Shown one piece after another: positions 1-11,814 of a DNA stretch of 64,000 bases; positions within the stretch are counted from its first letter, which is position 1, and every line of letters starts with the position of its first letter. Source of the DNA: Selaginella moellendorffii (taxonomy: Eukaryota > Plantae > Lycopodiophyta); NCBI RefSeq assembly GCF_000143415.4, contig NW_003314430.1:62001-126000 (forward strand), read 5' to 3'. Under the pieces are notes generated by a model. That model ran no database searches and had not been told where the DNA came from. It saw nothing but the letters and a program-made list of their open reading frames with translations. The translations under genes were made by a program, and so were the position numbers.

Positions 1-415
1 TGTGGGACCTCTAGATCTCCCGTGAAAGCGCCTGCTAGCAGCAGCCATTGCTTGGAATTCGGGGATGCGGCTGCTCTCCGGCAGTGATAAGGGATCGATC
101 GATGAGGTAAGCGCCCAAAATCTCCAATGCAGGCTGCGAGCTAGCTTCATCCCAGTCTCTTGTCTCCATTGCAGCCGGAAATTTCACCCAAATGCTTAGA
201 GCATGGGTCGTGCTACGCATCGTGCATTGCTGAGCGTCAAGGTACCCGGTTGCCTCAAAGCCAAGTCCGACTCCCGTGAAGATCACCTCAGATCTAGATG
301 CTCCATTCTCAGCTTGCTCCATCTTTTCCCCCTTTTCAGCACCTCTGGCCAAGACCACTCTCCCAAGCCATCCAAAGTCCTTGACAGTGGTCTTTCTGCC
401 TTTTTCAGCTCGATC

Positions 416-2629
416 ATGGGATTTAGTGCTCCCTCTCAGTCTCAGTCTCGTCCTTTGAGTCCACCCTTGTCCTCGGAGTCTGTGAGTCCTGCCCGGATCA
501 GGAGCAGGCTTTTGGTACCTTTCCTCAAGTGTCTAGCTCTTTGCCTCATTAGTATCCTCGTCCTTGTGGCTGTCCTGGGAGGATCCAGGAGCAAGCACCG
601 TGTTTATACCGGCACTTACAGGCGGTACCAAGAGGGGGGAGCTCTTGAAGTGTTGGGCTATGACCCTGGCTTTCAACTTGGACGAGCTCCTAGTCTTAAG
701 AATGTGAAAGGGTGTCCAGACGGTATGGAAGACTTCGTTCCCTGCTACGATGTGGCTGCTAGTATCAAGGCCGGATTCAAGAATGGACAAGAGTTCCAGA
801 GGCAGTGCAAGGTCCAAAAGCAGTGCATCGTCAAGCCTCCCAAAGGATATCGTCTGCCGCCGAGGTGGCCTACTAGCCAAAGAAGTCTTTGGAACAGCAA
901 CCTCAAAGTAACTGAAGAGCGTCTAGAGAGGTGATGATGTTCTTTTCCTTAGAACAAGTTCACTGAATGGGCTGTGCTTGTGCAGGATTCTCATTGAAGA
1001 AAGCGTGATAAGCTTTCCATCTGAAGAATCTCTCATGGAGGGATACGTTCAACAGCTTGAAGAAATGATATCTGCTGGTGGGAACAGAACTCTTACAGAG
1101 ATGGGGGTACGTCATCTTGCATTTTCTTTGTTCTTTATTTTACAAGATTTCCACAGATCCGATTGGCACTGGACATCGGATGTGGAATGGCTGCCTTTTC
1201 TTCGACTCTTCTGTCAAGAAATGTGCTAACAATGTCTATATCCGCCTACGAGGAGCATGGAGCTCCCGTTCAGTTTGCTCAGGAACGCGGCCTGCCAGCC
1301 ATGATCGGCTCCATCTCTTCGATGCAGCTTCCGTTTTCATTGTCTGCCTACGACATGATTCACTGCAAGGACTGCGGAGCTCAATGGCATGATAAAGGTT
1401 TTTGCAGCTCTTTCCTCGCTTAGATTATTATTGACGTGCGCATAGTCTTGTAGGTGGTTTGCTTCTCTTTGAAGTGAATAGATTGCTTCGCCCCGGGGGA
1501 TATTTCGTCTGGACCCTCCCGTTTCTAGACCAGTCATCCAACAGTATCCTGAAAATAATGGGGAAGTTGACATCCAGTATCTGTTGGAGTCAACTTGCTC
1601 ACAACCAGCGGACCGTTATATGGCAGAAAACAACAAAGCAACGATGCTACACCTCAAGGTATAAGCAGTTGTACATTTTTCACTTCTCGATCTAGCTAAA
1701 TGCATCATCCACAGGCGTTCGACTATGTGCGAGAAGAAAAATCCTGCCGATGTGCTGTTGTACCAGCCGTTGCGGCCATGTGTAACTGAGGCACCGAACG
1801 GGAGGTGGCGTACAGTACAACAGCAGCACTTGTGGCCAAACCGGCTTATGCTGACGGCAAGACGTCTTTCGAGATATGGTATGGTTAGTTTGTTTGTCAA
1901 CCGACTGATAAGTGCGAGTGTTTTGCAGGAATGGTTTCCAAAGATTTCAACGAGGATGTACAATCCTGGTTGGCAAAATTGTCCAACTACTGGTCCCTCT
2001 TCACGCCAGTAATCTTTTCGGATCATCCGAAAAGGCCTTCAGATGATGATCCGCCAGCTCCGAAGAATGTTGTGAGGAACATTATGGACATGAACGCGCA
2101 GTACGGTGGATTTAATGCTGCTCTCCTCACAGCGGGAAAGCCGGTTTGGGTGATGAATGTCGTTCCTACTTCCGCACCAAATACTCTCTCTGCGGTGTTC
2201 GACCGAGGACTGCTTGGTGTCCATCACGACTGGTATTGCCTGCATCGGCTTCTTTTCATCTTAACTGAAGAACTTTTCTTGGAACAGGTGCGAGGCTTTT
2301 CCAACATATCCCAGATCATATGACCTGTTGTACGCGAGATCTCTCCTTTCGCAGGAGCTACAAAAGCCCAAGCCATGTACACTAGCTGTCATTGTACTTG
2401 AAATGGATCGAATACTGCGACCCGAGGTAAAATATGCTGATGCTATCTGCCGATGGAGTGTTTAACTTGTCGCATGCAACAGGGATGGGTACTTTTGCAA
2501 GACGAGACGCAAGTTATCGAGACGGCTCGTTCTCTACTCGTCCAGATCCGCTGGGAGGCGCGAATAATTGAAATACCGGGTCATGGCGATCAAAGGCTTT
2601 TGGTGGGCCAGAAAAACTGGCGCAAATAG
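416..2629 (+). CDS. SAM-dependent pectin methyltransferase, PMT/DUF248 family, QUA2/QUL-like clade (multi-exon)
   Basis: Exon ORFs give an N-terminal TM, EDFVPCYD, LDIGCGMAAF, VQFAQERGLPAMIGS, LLFEVNRLLRPGGYFVWT, FSDHPKRPSDDDPP..RNIMDMNAQYGGFNAALL, HDWCEAFPTYPRSYDLL and EMDRILRPEG; ATG 416, TAG 2629. Confidence 0.92.
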
Positions 2630-2658
2630 GCGGTTTGTTCATTCTTTACGATCTCCTA

Positions 2659-4779
2659 CTAACTAATTGTCAGACATTCTTTTGCCTTCCAAGTTTTTTC
2701 CAGCTCTGTCTTCTGCCTGACCGCTGCTAGAGCTCTTTCGTCATCGCCATGACTTCCACAAGTGTACATGACGCTCGTCCATCCGACAACATGAGGTTCA
2801 AAAGGCATGCTCTTGAGCAAGGCATCGGCTTCTTCTATCTTTCCCGTGCGTCCGAGAAGGTCCACCATGCAAACGTAGTGCTCCATGGACGGAGTTATTC
2901 CATAGTCGGCCTCCAACGACAGGAAATAGTCTCGCCCATCTCCGACGAGTCCAGCACTGCCGCAAGCACTGAGAACGCTCGTGAAGACAACGCCGTTGGG
3001 TTCCTCCACACCTTCGACTTGGAGCTGCTGGAAGAGCTCCAGCGCCGGCTTTCCACGACCATTTCGAGAATAAGCAGCAATCATCGCAGCCCAGGCAATG
3101 AGATCCTTGGAGACAATCCGGTGGAAAACTTCTCGAGCTTGGTGGAGGCATCCAGACTTCGCATACAAGTTCACTAGCCCAGTCCCGACGAGAGTGTGTG
3201 ATTCGAGACCACTCTCAGCAACGAAGCAGTGGATCATCCTTGCTTGGGCGAGTGTCAAAGTTGCGGAGTCACATCCACAGGCGTCGAGAACAGTGATAAA
3301 TGTGCTCTCGTTTGGCAGAATCCCTTCTTGTTCCATCCAAGGGAGCGCATGGACACAGGAAGATGCTTGGCCATGCTGAGAATATGCCCGAAGCATCGCA
3401 TTCCATCCCAAAACGTTGCGCTCGGGCGCCTCGTGAAACAGTGCCTCCGCTTCCTCCAGATGCCCGGCGTGGGCATACACAGTCAGCATGGCCGTCCACG
3501 TTACGACGTCCTTGTGCGCCACCTTGTCAAATGCCGCCCTCGCGGCATCCACGCGGCAGCACCGCCCGTACATGCACACGAGCGCCGTACCCACTATCGT
3601 ATCGTTTTCCAGGTCGCCGTGTGCGTTCATGCCGACGTGGACGAGCTGTCCCTCCGCCAGGCTGGACGATTCGGCGCACGCGTCGAATATCCGCGCGTAC
3701 GTCACGCAATCGGGCCGTATGCCCTCCGAGTCCATGTGGCAGAGGAGCCGTACGGCTTGCGTGGCATGCCCGGTTTGGGCATATGCCGCCACCAAGAGGC
3801 TCCACGCGTGAGTGTCTTGATGTGGCATCTCTTGGAAAAAGAAAATGGTGGCTTTGGAGAGATCGTGGTTGTGGAGATAAGCGGCGAGCATCGTTGTCCA
3901 CGCCATGGAGTCGCGATCATCGATCGAATCAAATACTTGCCTTGCTCGCAGCAAATCTCCTCTTTGGGCAAATGCCGAGAGCATGGTGCTGCAAGAGATT
4001 GCGTCGTGCTGTGGCATACAGTCGAAGAGCTGCTTCGTTTGATCCAATTCCATAGCAAAAGATGGCAAAGAAGAAGAACAAGAAGAGAGCATCGTGTTCC
4101 AGGAGATTACATCCTTTCCGGGCATTCGATCAAAGACAACCTTGGCGGATTCACGATCCAGAGCTCTGATCATCACATTCCAAGAGTCCACACCCCTAAA
4201 AGGCATCTTCTCAAAGGAATCTATCAAATCTAGAAGATGCCCCTGTCGGGCATACGCCACGAGCATCACGTTCCATGCGACTGCGCATCGTTCTGGCATC
4301 TCGTCAAAGATCTTCTTCACGGTGCCAAAATCCCCGCTATGGAGTAGAGAAGCCAGGATGCTCGTCCAGGAAACATTGTCCACGCAAGGCATCTTGCGAA
4401 ACACATCTCGCGCTAAATCAGATTGCCCGTTTTGGGCATTTGCCGCGATCATGATATTCCACGAGAAGCTGTTTCGCCGCGACATCCCCTGGAACACCGA
4501 GATTGCATCCGCCAGAGATTTGCAGCTCCCATACATCTGGACCAGTAAATTCCCCAGAAAAGTCTCGTGCCGCCACCGATCGCTCCTCACGATGATTGAA
4601 TGCAATCGCCTCCCTTCCTCCAGAGCCCTGGCGCTGCTGCATCGTCGAATGAGCTCGCCATAGCTCCTGGAATCCAAGTCCCCATGATCCCCAAAATGCT
4701 CTCCCAGATTCTTCCCAATCCACAAAGTACCGCTGTTGATGGTGGCGACGCGCTTGGGATTGTAGCCCCACAGCGCCAT
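2659..4779 (-). CDS. PLS-class pentatricopeptide repeat protein with E domain, intronless (706 aa)
   Basis: Repeated ..VSWN.M..AYA..G motifs; C-terminal HYVCMVDLLGRTGKIEEA..MPFEP..W E-domain; no DYW. Confidence 0.93.
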   Translation of the reverse strand: MALWGYNPKRVATINSGTLWIGKNLGEHFGDHGDLDSRSYGELIRRCSSARALEEGRRLHSIIVRSDRWRHETFLGNLLVQMYGSCKSLADAISVFQGMSRRNSFSWNIMIAANAQNGQSDLARDVFRKMPCVDNVSWTSILASLLHSGDFGTVKKIFDEMPERCAVAWNVMLVAYARQGHLLDLIDSFEKMPFRGVDSWNVMIRALDRESAKVVFDRMPGKDVISWNTMLSSCSSSLPSFAMELDQTKQLFDCMPQHDAISCSTMLSAFAQRGDLLRARQVFDSIDDRDSMAWTTMLAAYLHNHDLSKATIFFFQEMPHQDTHAWSLLVAAYAQTGHATQAVRLLCHMDSEGIRPDCVTYARIFDACAESSSLAEGQLVHVGMNAHGDLENDTIVGTALVCMYGRCCRVDAARAAFDKVAHKDVVTWTAMLTVYAHAGHLEEAEALFHEAPERNVLGWNAMLRAYSQHGQASSCVHALPWMEQEGILPNESTFITVLDACGCDSATLTLAQARMIHCFVAESGLESHTLVGTGLVNLYAKSGCLHQAREVFHRIVSKDLIAWAAMIAAYSRNGRGKPALELFQQLQVEGVEEPNGVVFTSVLSACGSAGLVGDGRDYFLSLEADYGITPSMEHYVCMVDLLGRTGKIEEADALLKSMPFEPHVVGWTSVMYTCGSHGDDERALAAVRQKTELEKTWKAKECLTIS

Positions 4780-4852
4780 GCGCCTCCTTTCACGTCATGG
4801 GTGATCGACTCACAAGGATGGCTGCCATGAGATTTGCTTGAAGATGGCCACT

Positions 4853-5320
4853 CCATTGCAAGAGATGAAATCCCACACGGGCATCCTCATGGCATTATTG
4901 AAGCACGGGATCCTGGCGACGATTTCTTATGCTCTGCCTGTGTCAGGATGATCATGGCCTATGGGGATTCCGGCAAGTGTGTAAGATGGAGGAGGTCTTT
5001 CACGAGATGCAAGAGAGGAACATCGTCATCTGGAATGGGATGATCGCTGGCTATGCCTTCAATGGGGAACTGGAGAAGGCCAGAGTTTTGTTTGATCTCA
5101 TGCCGAGGTGGGATGTCTCGTCCTGAAACGCTCTCCTTGTGGCTTTTGCACAGCAATACGATGCTCACGGGACCAAGACGGTGTTTGATTCGGGCCTCTA
5201 CACAGCTCGGTCTCCTCAAACGCAAAGATTGGAGATGAAAGACTTCTTTCACCAGATTCTAGCCGGATGTGGTCTCCTGGAACTCACGTCGGATGTTCAA
5301 TCAAACAGCGCCAAGAGCAG
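4853..5320 (+). pseudogene. Degraded, partly inverted fragment of the PPR gene at 41122-42993
   Basis: KMEEVFHEMQERNIV.WNGMIAGYAFNGELEKARVLFDLMPRWDVSS is near-identical to the 41-43 kb PPR, then a TGA replaces TGG, with deletions; 4853-4935 matches that gene in the opposite orientation. Confidence 0.85.
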
Positions 5321-7553
5321 AACTATTCACAAACGTTTGCAAACCATCATTCTGAAGCTTATAAGAACTAAAAAATGGCGACATATTCACTCCAACTTGG
5401 AGCTAAAGCAGCTCAAAGTGCCTCTTAAGAGTGCGTGAAGCCATATTGATAAAAGGAATTTTTGTTCTTGTCAGAGATTGAATCCAGGACAAGTTGGAAT
5501 ATTCATTATTATATTTACTCCAAATTATTTTGTTTCATCACTTTGCTTATGAATTTGGCAATGACTTAATCTATATTTGATTCCATTTGTTTAGGAATTA
5601 GAAGTTATTTTGTGAATTTAACCAGATCAAGACTATTATCTTAGGTGGGGAAAGTAGGACAATTTCCTTCTTTGCATGTAAGGGGTTATTCCATGGCAAA
5701 TCTTCATATCTAAAACCAATAGTAGTTATTTATTAATTCAGTTGATTAAAGCTTATAAATTATAAATAAAACATTAATTTAAATGAATAATAATAGTTAA
5801 CTGGTAGAATTTCCCAAATTATCTAAACCATATTCTAAATATATCCAGTATCACCCATAGGTTTGCTTAAGCAAACCAAAAATACATCTTGTATTTCATG
5901 ACAGCTTAACATTTGGGTGTTATGTTATAGCAAACAATAATAAATTAAAAGTCATAAACACTAATTAGAGTATAAAAAATTAACTTTGCATTTAGAAGCA
6001 TCATCCTAAGTCTCAAGACTTTAACATTCAGATATTACATAAGACTAAATAAGTTCTATCTTTATCTTTTTGTATTTTAATTTTTTATCATTAATGCACA
6101 TTCATATACTTAAAATTCGAAATACTCAAGTAATGCCAAACTTATCCTCACTCATGATCTTGATATAAACCTTCTTAGAGATTGAAGAACTAGAATCACT
6201 TTTTTTTTTTCTCATTTTTCGTATATTTGTTTATGTTTAGCTCAAGAGTTACTACAGAAAAACATAAAATCTAAAAAGCAAATCAAACAATAATCAACCA
6301 CTTTTTCCCTCTTTTCTTTTTTTTTTCTTTTATTCTTTCTCTTACTTTCTTATACAATATAGATACACCAAAACATAAGCGTTTTCATTAGTGACCACTA
6401 TGAAAGAGGAGGTATTATAAAACAAAATGAATTTTTGGTAAAAGATTTTAAGAAAAACAAAAAGAAACAACAAAGGCAACAAAATAAAAAAAATCTTGAA
6501 GATTATGAAAAATTTTAACAAAAAAATAACTCAATCCTATCAAAGATGGCAAAAATTTACTCCACAAACCTAAAGCAGTTACAACTAATTCAACAAGAAG
6601 TGAACTAAAACTCAAGATTTTAACAATTAAGAAAAATTTTTGATACTTAAATTTTTTTTGACAAATTTAAGAAAGATTTATTGACACTAAAGAAAGACTT
6701 CAATAAATGTAAAAGATTGATGAAACAACACAGCTGTCTTTTCAGAGATTAAAGATGTACAAGATATGAAAAGTGTCTATTTTGTGGCTTTTAAATTATG
6801 CTAAACTCTACATCAAATGCTACCTAAATAAACAATATAGTTATTGTATTATAAAAAAGATTGTTATAAAAATTAAAGACAAAAAATGAAAAAGTCAACA
6901 AAAAGGAAAACTATAAATAATGGGAATATGTGCAAAGAAAATCATATTTGGTTTGATCATTTTTCAAGAGTTTAAAGCTTGACTTAGATTTATTGAGGTC
7001 ATATTTTCTTTCACACTTTCATTAACTTTTTATTTATACACAAAAAAAGTTTTTTATACCAATCAAATTAGTCTCAATAACAAGCTTTCTCAAGTGCTAG
7101 CTACAAATTAAGATTAAAATCATCAGACCATAAATTTACCAACTCATTATTAGACATAGAAACTTTGGAATACACAATGATATTACTTCAACTATTATAA
7201 GAACCAATAAATGTCACATTTCTAATAACAACATTTATTCAAGTTCATAATTACACATATCAAGCATATAATGCACATAAATGAAACCAGAGATTATACA
7301 CTATACCATTAACTTACACTAACAAGAAATCTTAAGATTAAAAAACTTGTAAAGAATAAACAACCCCAACTTTATTTTCCACCATATTATAAAGAACCAA
7401 CTCACCGAAGCGTTGCAAATTAAAAGATCCCCCGAAATCATAATCAAAATGATAAAAAATTCATTGGATAAGATTAAGTTTGAAATTGAGTCCAAGAGTT
7501 CAAGACCAAATCCATTATCGAGACTGAAACCAAGTCCGAGTACTAATACAAAT

Positions 7554-8596
7554 TGTGGGGTGAAACCCTAAAGCAATCGTCTTTAGGGGGCTTATAGAGG
7601 TTCCAAAAGCATAATAGGATAGTGAGGTTAAGGACTCAATCTTAAAGGAATTGTTTAGTGGTACTTCTAAATTAAGTTAGGGTTAAGATTGAGGGTTAAC
7701 AACCTCGGGTGGGAGTGAATACAACCTTGAGGAGTCCTAAAGAGGCTTTTTAAGGAAATGCTTAAAAGCAATTCCCACTCTTGGAAGGGAAAATTAACTA
7801 TGGTGCTTTTGGCTCAAGTGGAGTGGTACACCACTTGAGTACCATAAGGGTCATTGGTCCTTGCCTTTTTCCAAGGGATTAAGCCTTCTATTTGGGATGG
7901 AGGTGGGGAGTTATTAGACCATTTGGCCACCTTTAGTATCCTGAACTAATAGATGCACGCAGGGCTTGGGATTTAGAGAGTCCCATTAACAAGCTTTGCA
8001 TATCATGGGATGTTATAAACCTAGAAATTTAGTGTGTTTAGTTGCTTATGCATATGGGGAGTGTGACTAAACCTTAAGTATAGTCCAACTTAGAAAGGGG
8101 CAAGGGAAAAAGGGGGGATTATGAGAGAATTTTGGAACTTGTGAAGAGTTAATTAATTTTTTGTTGCTCATGCAATAAATAATTGAACCTCAGTAGAACC
8201 AAGGTATATTATGATTAATGGGAACCTTGGCAAGGGAATTTAGCTAAGGTGTGGTGTGGTGGCCGCTAGTAACTTGGGTTGGGTATTGGGTTTTCTAGGG
8301 GATGCCAATAGACTAGTGCCTGTCGGATCTGGCGAGTGGACGAGAAACGTCCCTGCCAGGGGGCAGTGTGGGCTGTTGTTCCTGGTGGGGAGAGACGGGG
8401 CAGTGTGGGCGGCTGGGGTGCACACCGCCCGAAAGGGCCAAAGTAAAGGTGGTTAGATAAACAAAGTAAACTAGCAAACTAATCAAGGAAATAGCATTTA
8501 AGAATTCTAATGCACTTTAGAGTTTAACCATAGTAAATAAGAGTATCAATTCTATGTCAATTATCATATCCACAAACATAAGAATAAGCTTATACA
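7554..8596 (+). mobile_element. Probable solo LTR (~1043 bp)
   Basis: Starts TGT, ends ACA, flanked by CAAAT on both sides (7549-7553, 8597-8601); composition shifts to G-rich at 7554; 7580-7625 resembles the reverse complement of 11455-11505. Confidence 0.5.
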
Positions 8597-10485
8597 CAAA
8601 TTTGAAGAGCTCAATCTTAATCTTAAGATTTAATTTGGAGCAATTAAGTTCTAATTGTAGTCATTTAGATTGATGAAAAAGATACTAACTCTTGAGTTTA
8701 TAAACAATTTCAATATGTCGATGTTAATGCAACAACACCAATTCAACTCATCATTGAAATTCCCACAACCATACTATACAACCAATCCCAAAAAAAGTTT
8801 GAGAAATCATCAAAGCTTCACAATAACAAACTCAAATAATATAAGACCATAAAGAACAATAATGCAATAAAATCTAAAAAATAAGATATAAAAATTGAAG
8901 AAATCAAAACCATGATATTTATCATTTTTAAATGTAAGATATAAAAAGACTTATGAGGACACTCAAAAATCTGCCTATCAAGATTCAAGAAAGAATCTTC
9001 AACTTAGTTCATAATTAAAAAAATCAAGAAAACCATAAACCAATATACTATGGATCAATATTCACACTAAGAAATTTATAGGAAAATAAGATAAAATAAA
9101 GCTTTACATTGGAGACTCATTATTGAGTTTTTCTAGATCTCCCACATCTACTTAAATCAAAAGCACATTTGCCAAAAAATAAAAATAATATATACAAAAT
9201 AAAGTCAATTCAATCGACAAGAGACTATTAATCTTTATACTTTAAAAAATCAAGAAAATCATTAGACTTGAATTCTTTTAAGGATACATCACACCTATTG
9301 GTGTGGCCATATACAAGTTAACTAATAAAGAAATACAAAATGAAACTTGGGCAAAATAACAATAGAGACACTCACAAATACTTAAACTCTTAACGAAATT
9401 AATTTGCAAAAACTACAAGAATAAAAATTTTGAAAACCTATTTCAACAACAATATCGAGGACAAAAACACTTCAAATACAACCACTATTCATCTCAGATG
9501 TTTTAAATATCACTATTGACTGAAAAACACAAATGTTTATAATGTGGATGCGAAATATTGACACAACACAATTAAAAGTATGCCTTGAATACATTTATAA
9601 CAAGGACTTGCAAAAAGAGTAACTGTAATATGCATTCTTGTTTGATTCTAAAGTTGGTAAACAACAACCTTATTGAAAACTGATCAAATTTATGAAGTTG
9701 AGTATGATATAGCAACAAAAACACCAATATACAAGATTGTGTTATTCTATATTACACAATTTTATAACTATATAACATTTACTCTAGAAGAATAAATATA
9801 CCAAGGACTAAAAGACAAAGTCAAGAAAACAAATTCAAGACATTGAATTCAAGAAAGAAAATACAAGATTTTAATAGAATATTGAATATATACATATAAA
9901 CTAACCCAATCAAGATACAAGAATGAAATTAACGACAACAAAAATGAGAAGATAATAGAGGACTTCATAAAACAAAAAAATACTCAAACTCAAGAAGAAA
10001 TCTTTGAGAATATCATTAACAACTACAACAAAATGAATCAAATAATATAAGTAAGAGGAGAAAGTGGGCCACTGAACAAAGAAATGGTGCCAAACTCCTA
10101 AACATAGAGCTAAGGAGTGATGGAACCGGACCACGAAGCAACTCTCGAGCATATAGCCCAAGGCGCTAAGGGACAGGAGCCCAAAGCGACTTGGAACAGT
10201 CTTAAAGCAACTTGCATCCCATTACCATGACCAATATGCAAAATGGAGCCAAACGGAGTTTAGCACTATTTCGACATACCAATGGCCTAACACAAGGACA
10301 TGGGTACTCCATTAGCTAATATGGAGCTAGTATGGAATGGAACTTGGGATTAGACCCGAGTTGGACATAGAATAAGGACAAGCACGCAAGCGAGAGTTAA
10401 ATTATACCTCAAGTTGGTCAAACATGCCTAACCTACACACTATCCATACTATACATTTATAGCCCCCTATAATGCGCCCCCCCCC

Positions 10486-10519
10486 TTCCCCTTCCCCTTC
10501 CCCTTCCCCTTCCCCTTCC
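10486..10519. repeat. (TTCCCC)n microsatellite
   Basis: About 5.5 hexamer units after a poly-C run. Confidence 0.85.
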
Positions 10520-10849
10520 TTGAGGAACATAGTATTAGGAGTTAGTCTTTGGGACAAACTCGAAAGTTATTAAATATTGAATGTCCTAAGATTGTAAATT
10601 TGGACATGGGACAAACACCATTGTGTTTAGGATTTTACATTCCGTAGATGTGCCAAATAAGCAAATCTAGACACTTTTCATAAATAGTATTTGGGACCGA
10701 AATGAAACTAACACAAAAGGCATGATAGCGAAAGTGTTTGGTAAACACAATAAGTTATCATCTAGCAATATTGAGGGACCAAGTTTAATATCACGGGGGG
10801 TTTTGATATTAGCAAATGCAAGCCAATGACACAAGTTTCTCAAACTAGG

Positions 10850-11043
10850 TGTAAGCAACTAAAGAGAACAACTTGAAAGACAATCCATGAGGTTCAAATA
10901 TATAGGGAAAGGGCCCATGAACAAAAGTGCACCCCTTTTTTTAATCGGTTAAAAGTCTTGGGATATTTAAGGTTAAATGTCCTTGGGTTTGAATAGTACT
11001 GGGTTGGGTGACCTCTTGGGAAGTCCAAACTCATGAACTTACA
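10850..11043 (+). mobile_element. 194-bp solo LTR with a 5S rRNA-derived segment (Cassandra TRIM-like)
   Basis: Termini TGTAAG...CTTACA; 10971-11026 resembles the 5S A-box/IE/C-box region (GTTAAGCGTGCTTGGGCGAGAGTAGTACTAGGATGGGTGACCTCCTGGGAAGTCC); absent from the paralogous arm at ~11860. Confidence 0.8.
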
Positions 11044-11091
11044 CCAAACCGAGTATGCTCAACAAGAAACATATAGAGTTCCTACTTTATG

Positions 11092-11523
11092 TGTATCCAA
11101 TTTAAGTACATGATCATTGACTAGTTTCTCAACTAGCTCAAGTGGGAAACTGATAACAGGTCCAGCAATACCAACTTTCTGCCATTGTGGTAGTAAGGAA
11201 AGAATATCCGAAAGAACTAGCCGACAGAATTAACCGACAGATAACTTTCGATATCCGAAGTCACATTCATAATAACCACCCACACTTGATTGGGAGCATG
11301 GGGGAGCTAGAGCTGGCTCTTGGACACTTAACCAAGCTACCCCGTTTGTCAGTCCGTATTCACTCTAGCCTTGGACTTCCCAGTGGTTATCTCATCACCT
11401 AACAGTTGGGTATAGCCTTCCTAAGCTAAACTCCAAACTAGCTCCACTAGGGTACCCCACACTCTCCCTACTATACTTTTGGAACCCCCTGCAACCCCTT
11501 GCAAGAGTTAATCTCTGGTACAA
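11092..11523 (-). mobile_element. Probable solo LTR (~430 bp)
   Basis: TGTA...TACA(A) termini with TTATG on both flanks (11087-11091, 11524-11528); GC higher than flanks; one end is related to 7580-7625. Confidence 0.5.
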
Positions 11524-11814
11524 TTATGAAAACTTATATATTAAATGGTGTTAGATTGTGAATCTAGAAGCAAAAACACTATTTTGTTCAAAACAATTTC
11601 TACATTCCATCAATATGCCCAACTAGCAGATCTAGACACTTTCTATAAATAGCCAATAGGACCAACACAAGCAAAAATGTTTGTCACAAATGTGATTTCA
11701 AGTATCGAAAAATACTTGTCGACAAGTCCTTACGAACACTCTCTCCTTATTGTTATGATGGTAAGAGGTCAATACAGTTAATTCCCTTTATGGTTCCCAC
11801 TTTATTCGTTAATG

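Larger units (their letters stand above)
10065..11090 (+). repeat. Dispersed repeat family, copy A (left arm of a large degenerate inverted repeat)
   Basis: For example 10799-10845 ggttttgatattagcaaatgcaagccaatgacacaagtttctcaaac matches the reverse complement of ~11862-11909; also matches the reverse complement of 48870-49295. Confidence 0.85.

Noticed and set aside
5860-7839. Hairpins ggtttgcttaagcaaacc (5860-5877) and ctcaagtgg..ccacttgag (7813-7839) as Helitron ends
   Set aside because: No CTRR terminus at the expected distance
6400-10050. A-rich tracts as a decayed retroelement or viral ORF
   Set aside because: Trial translations gave no RT, integrase, gag or viral motif that I can support
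10971-11026. Functional 5S rRNA gene
   Set aside because: Only ~56 nt of the internal region, diverged, and embedded in a TG..CA element
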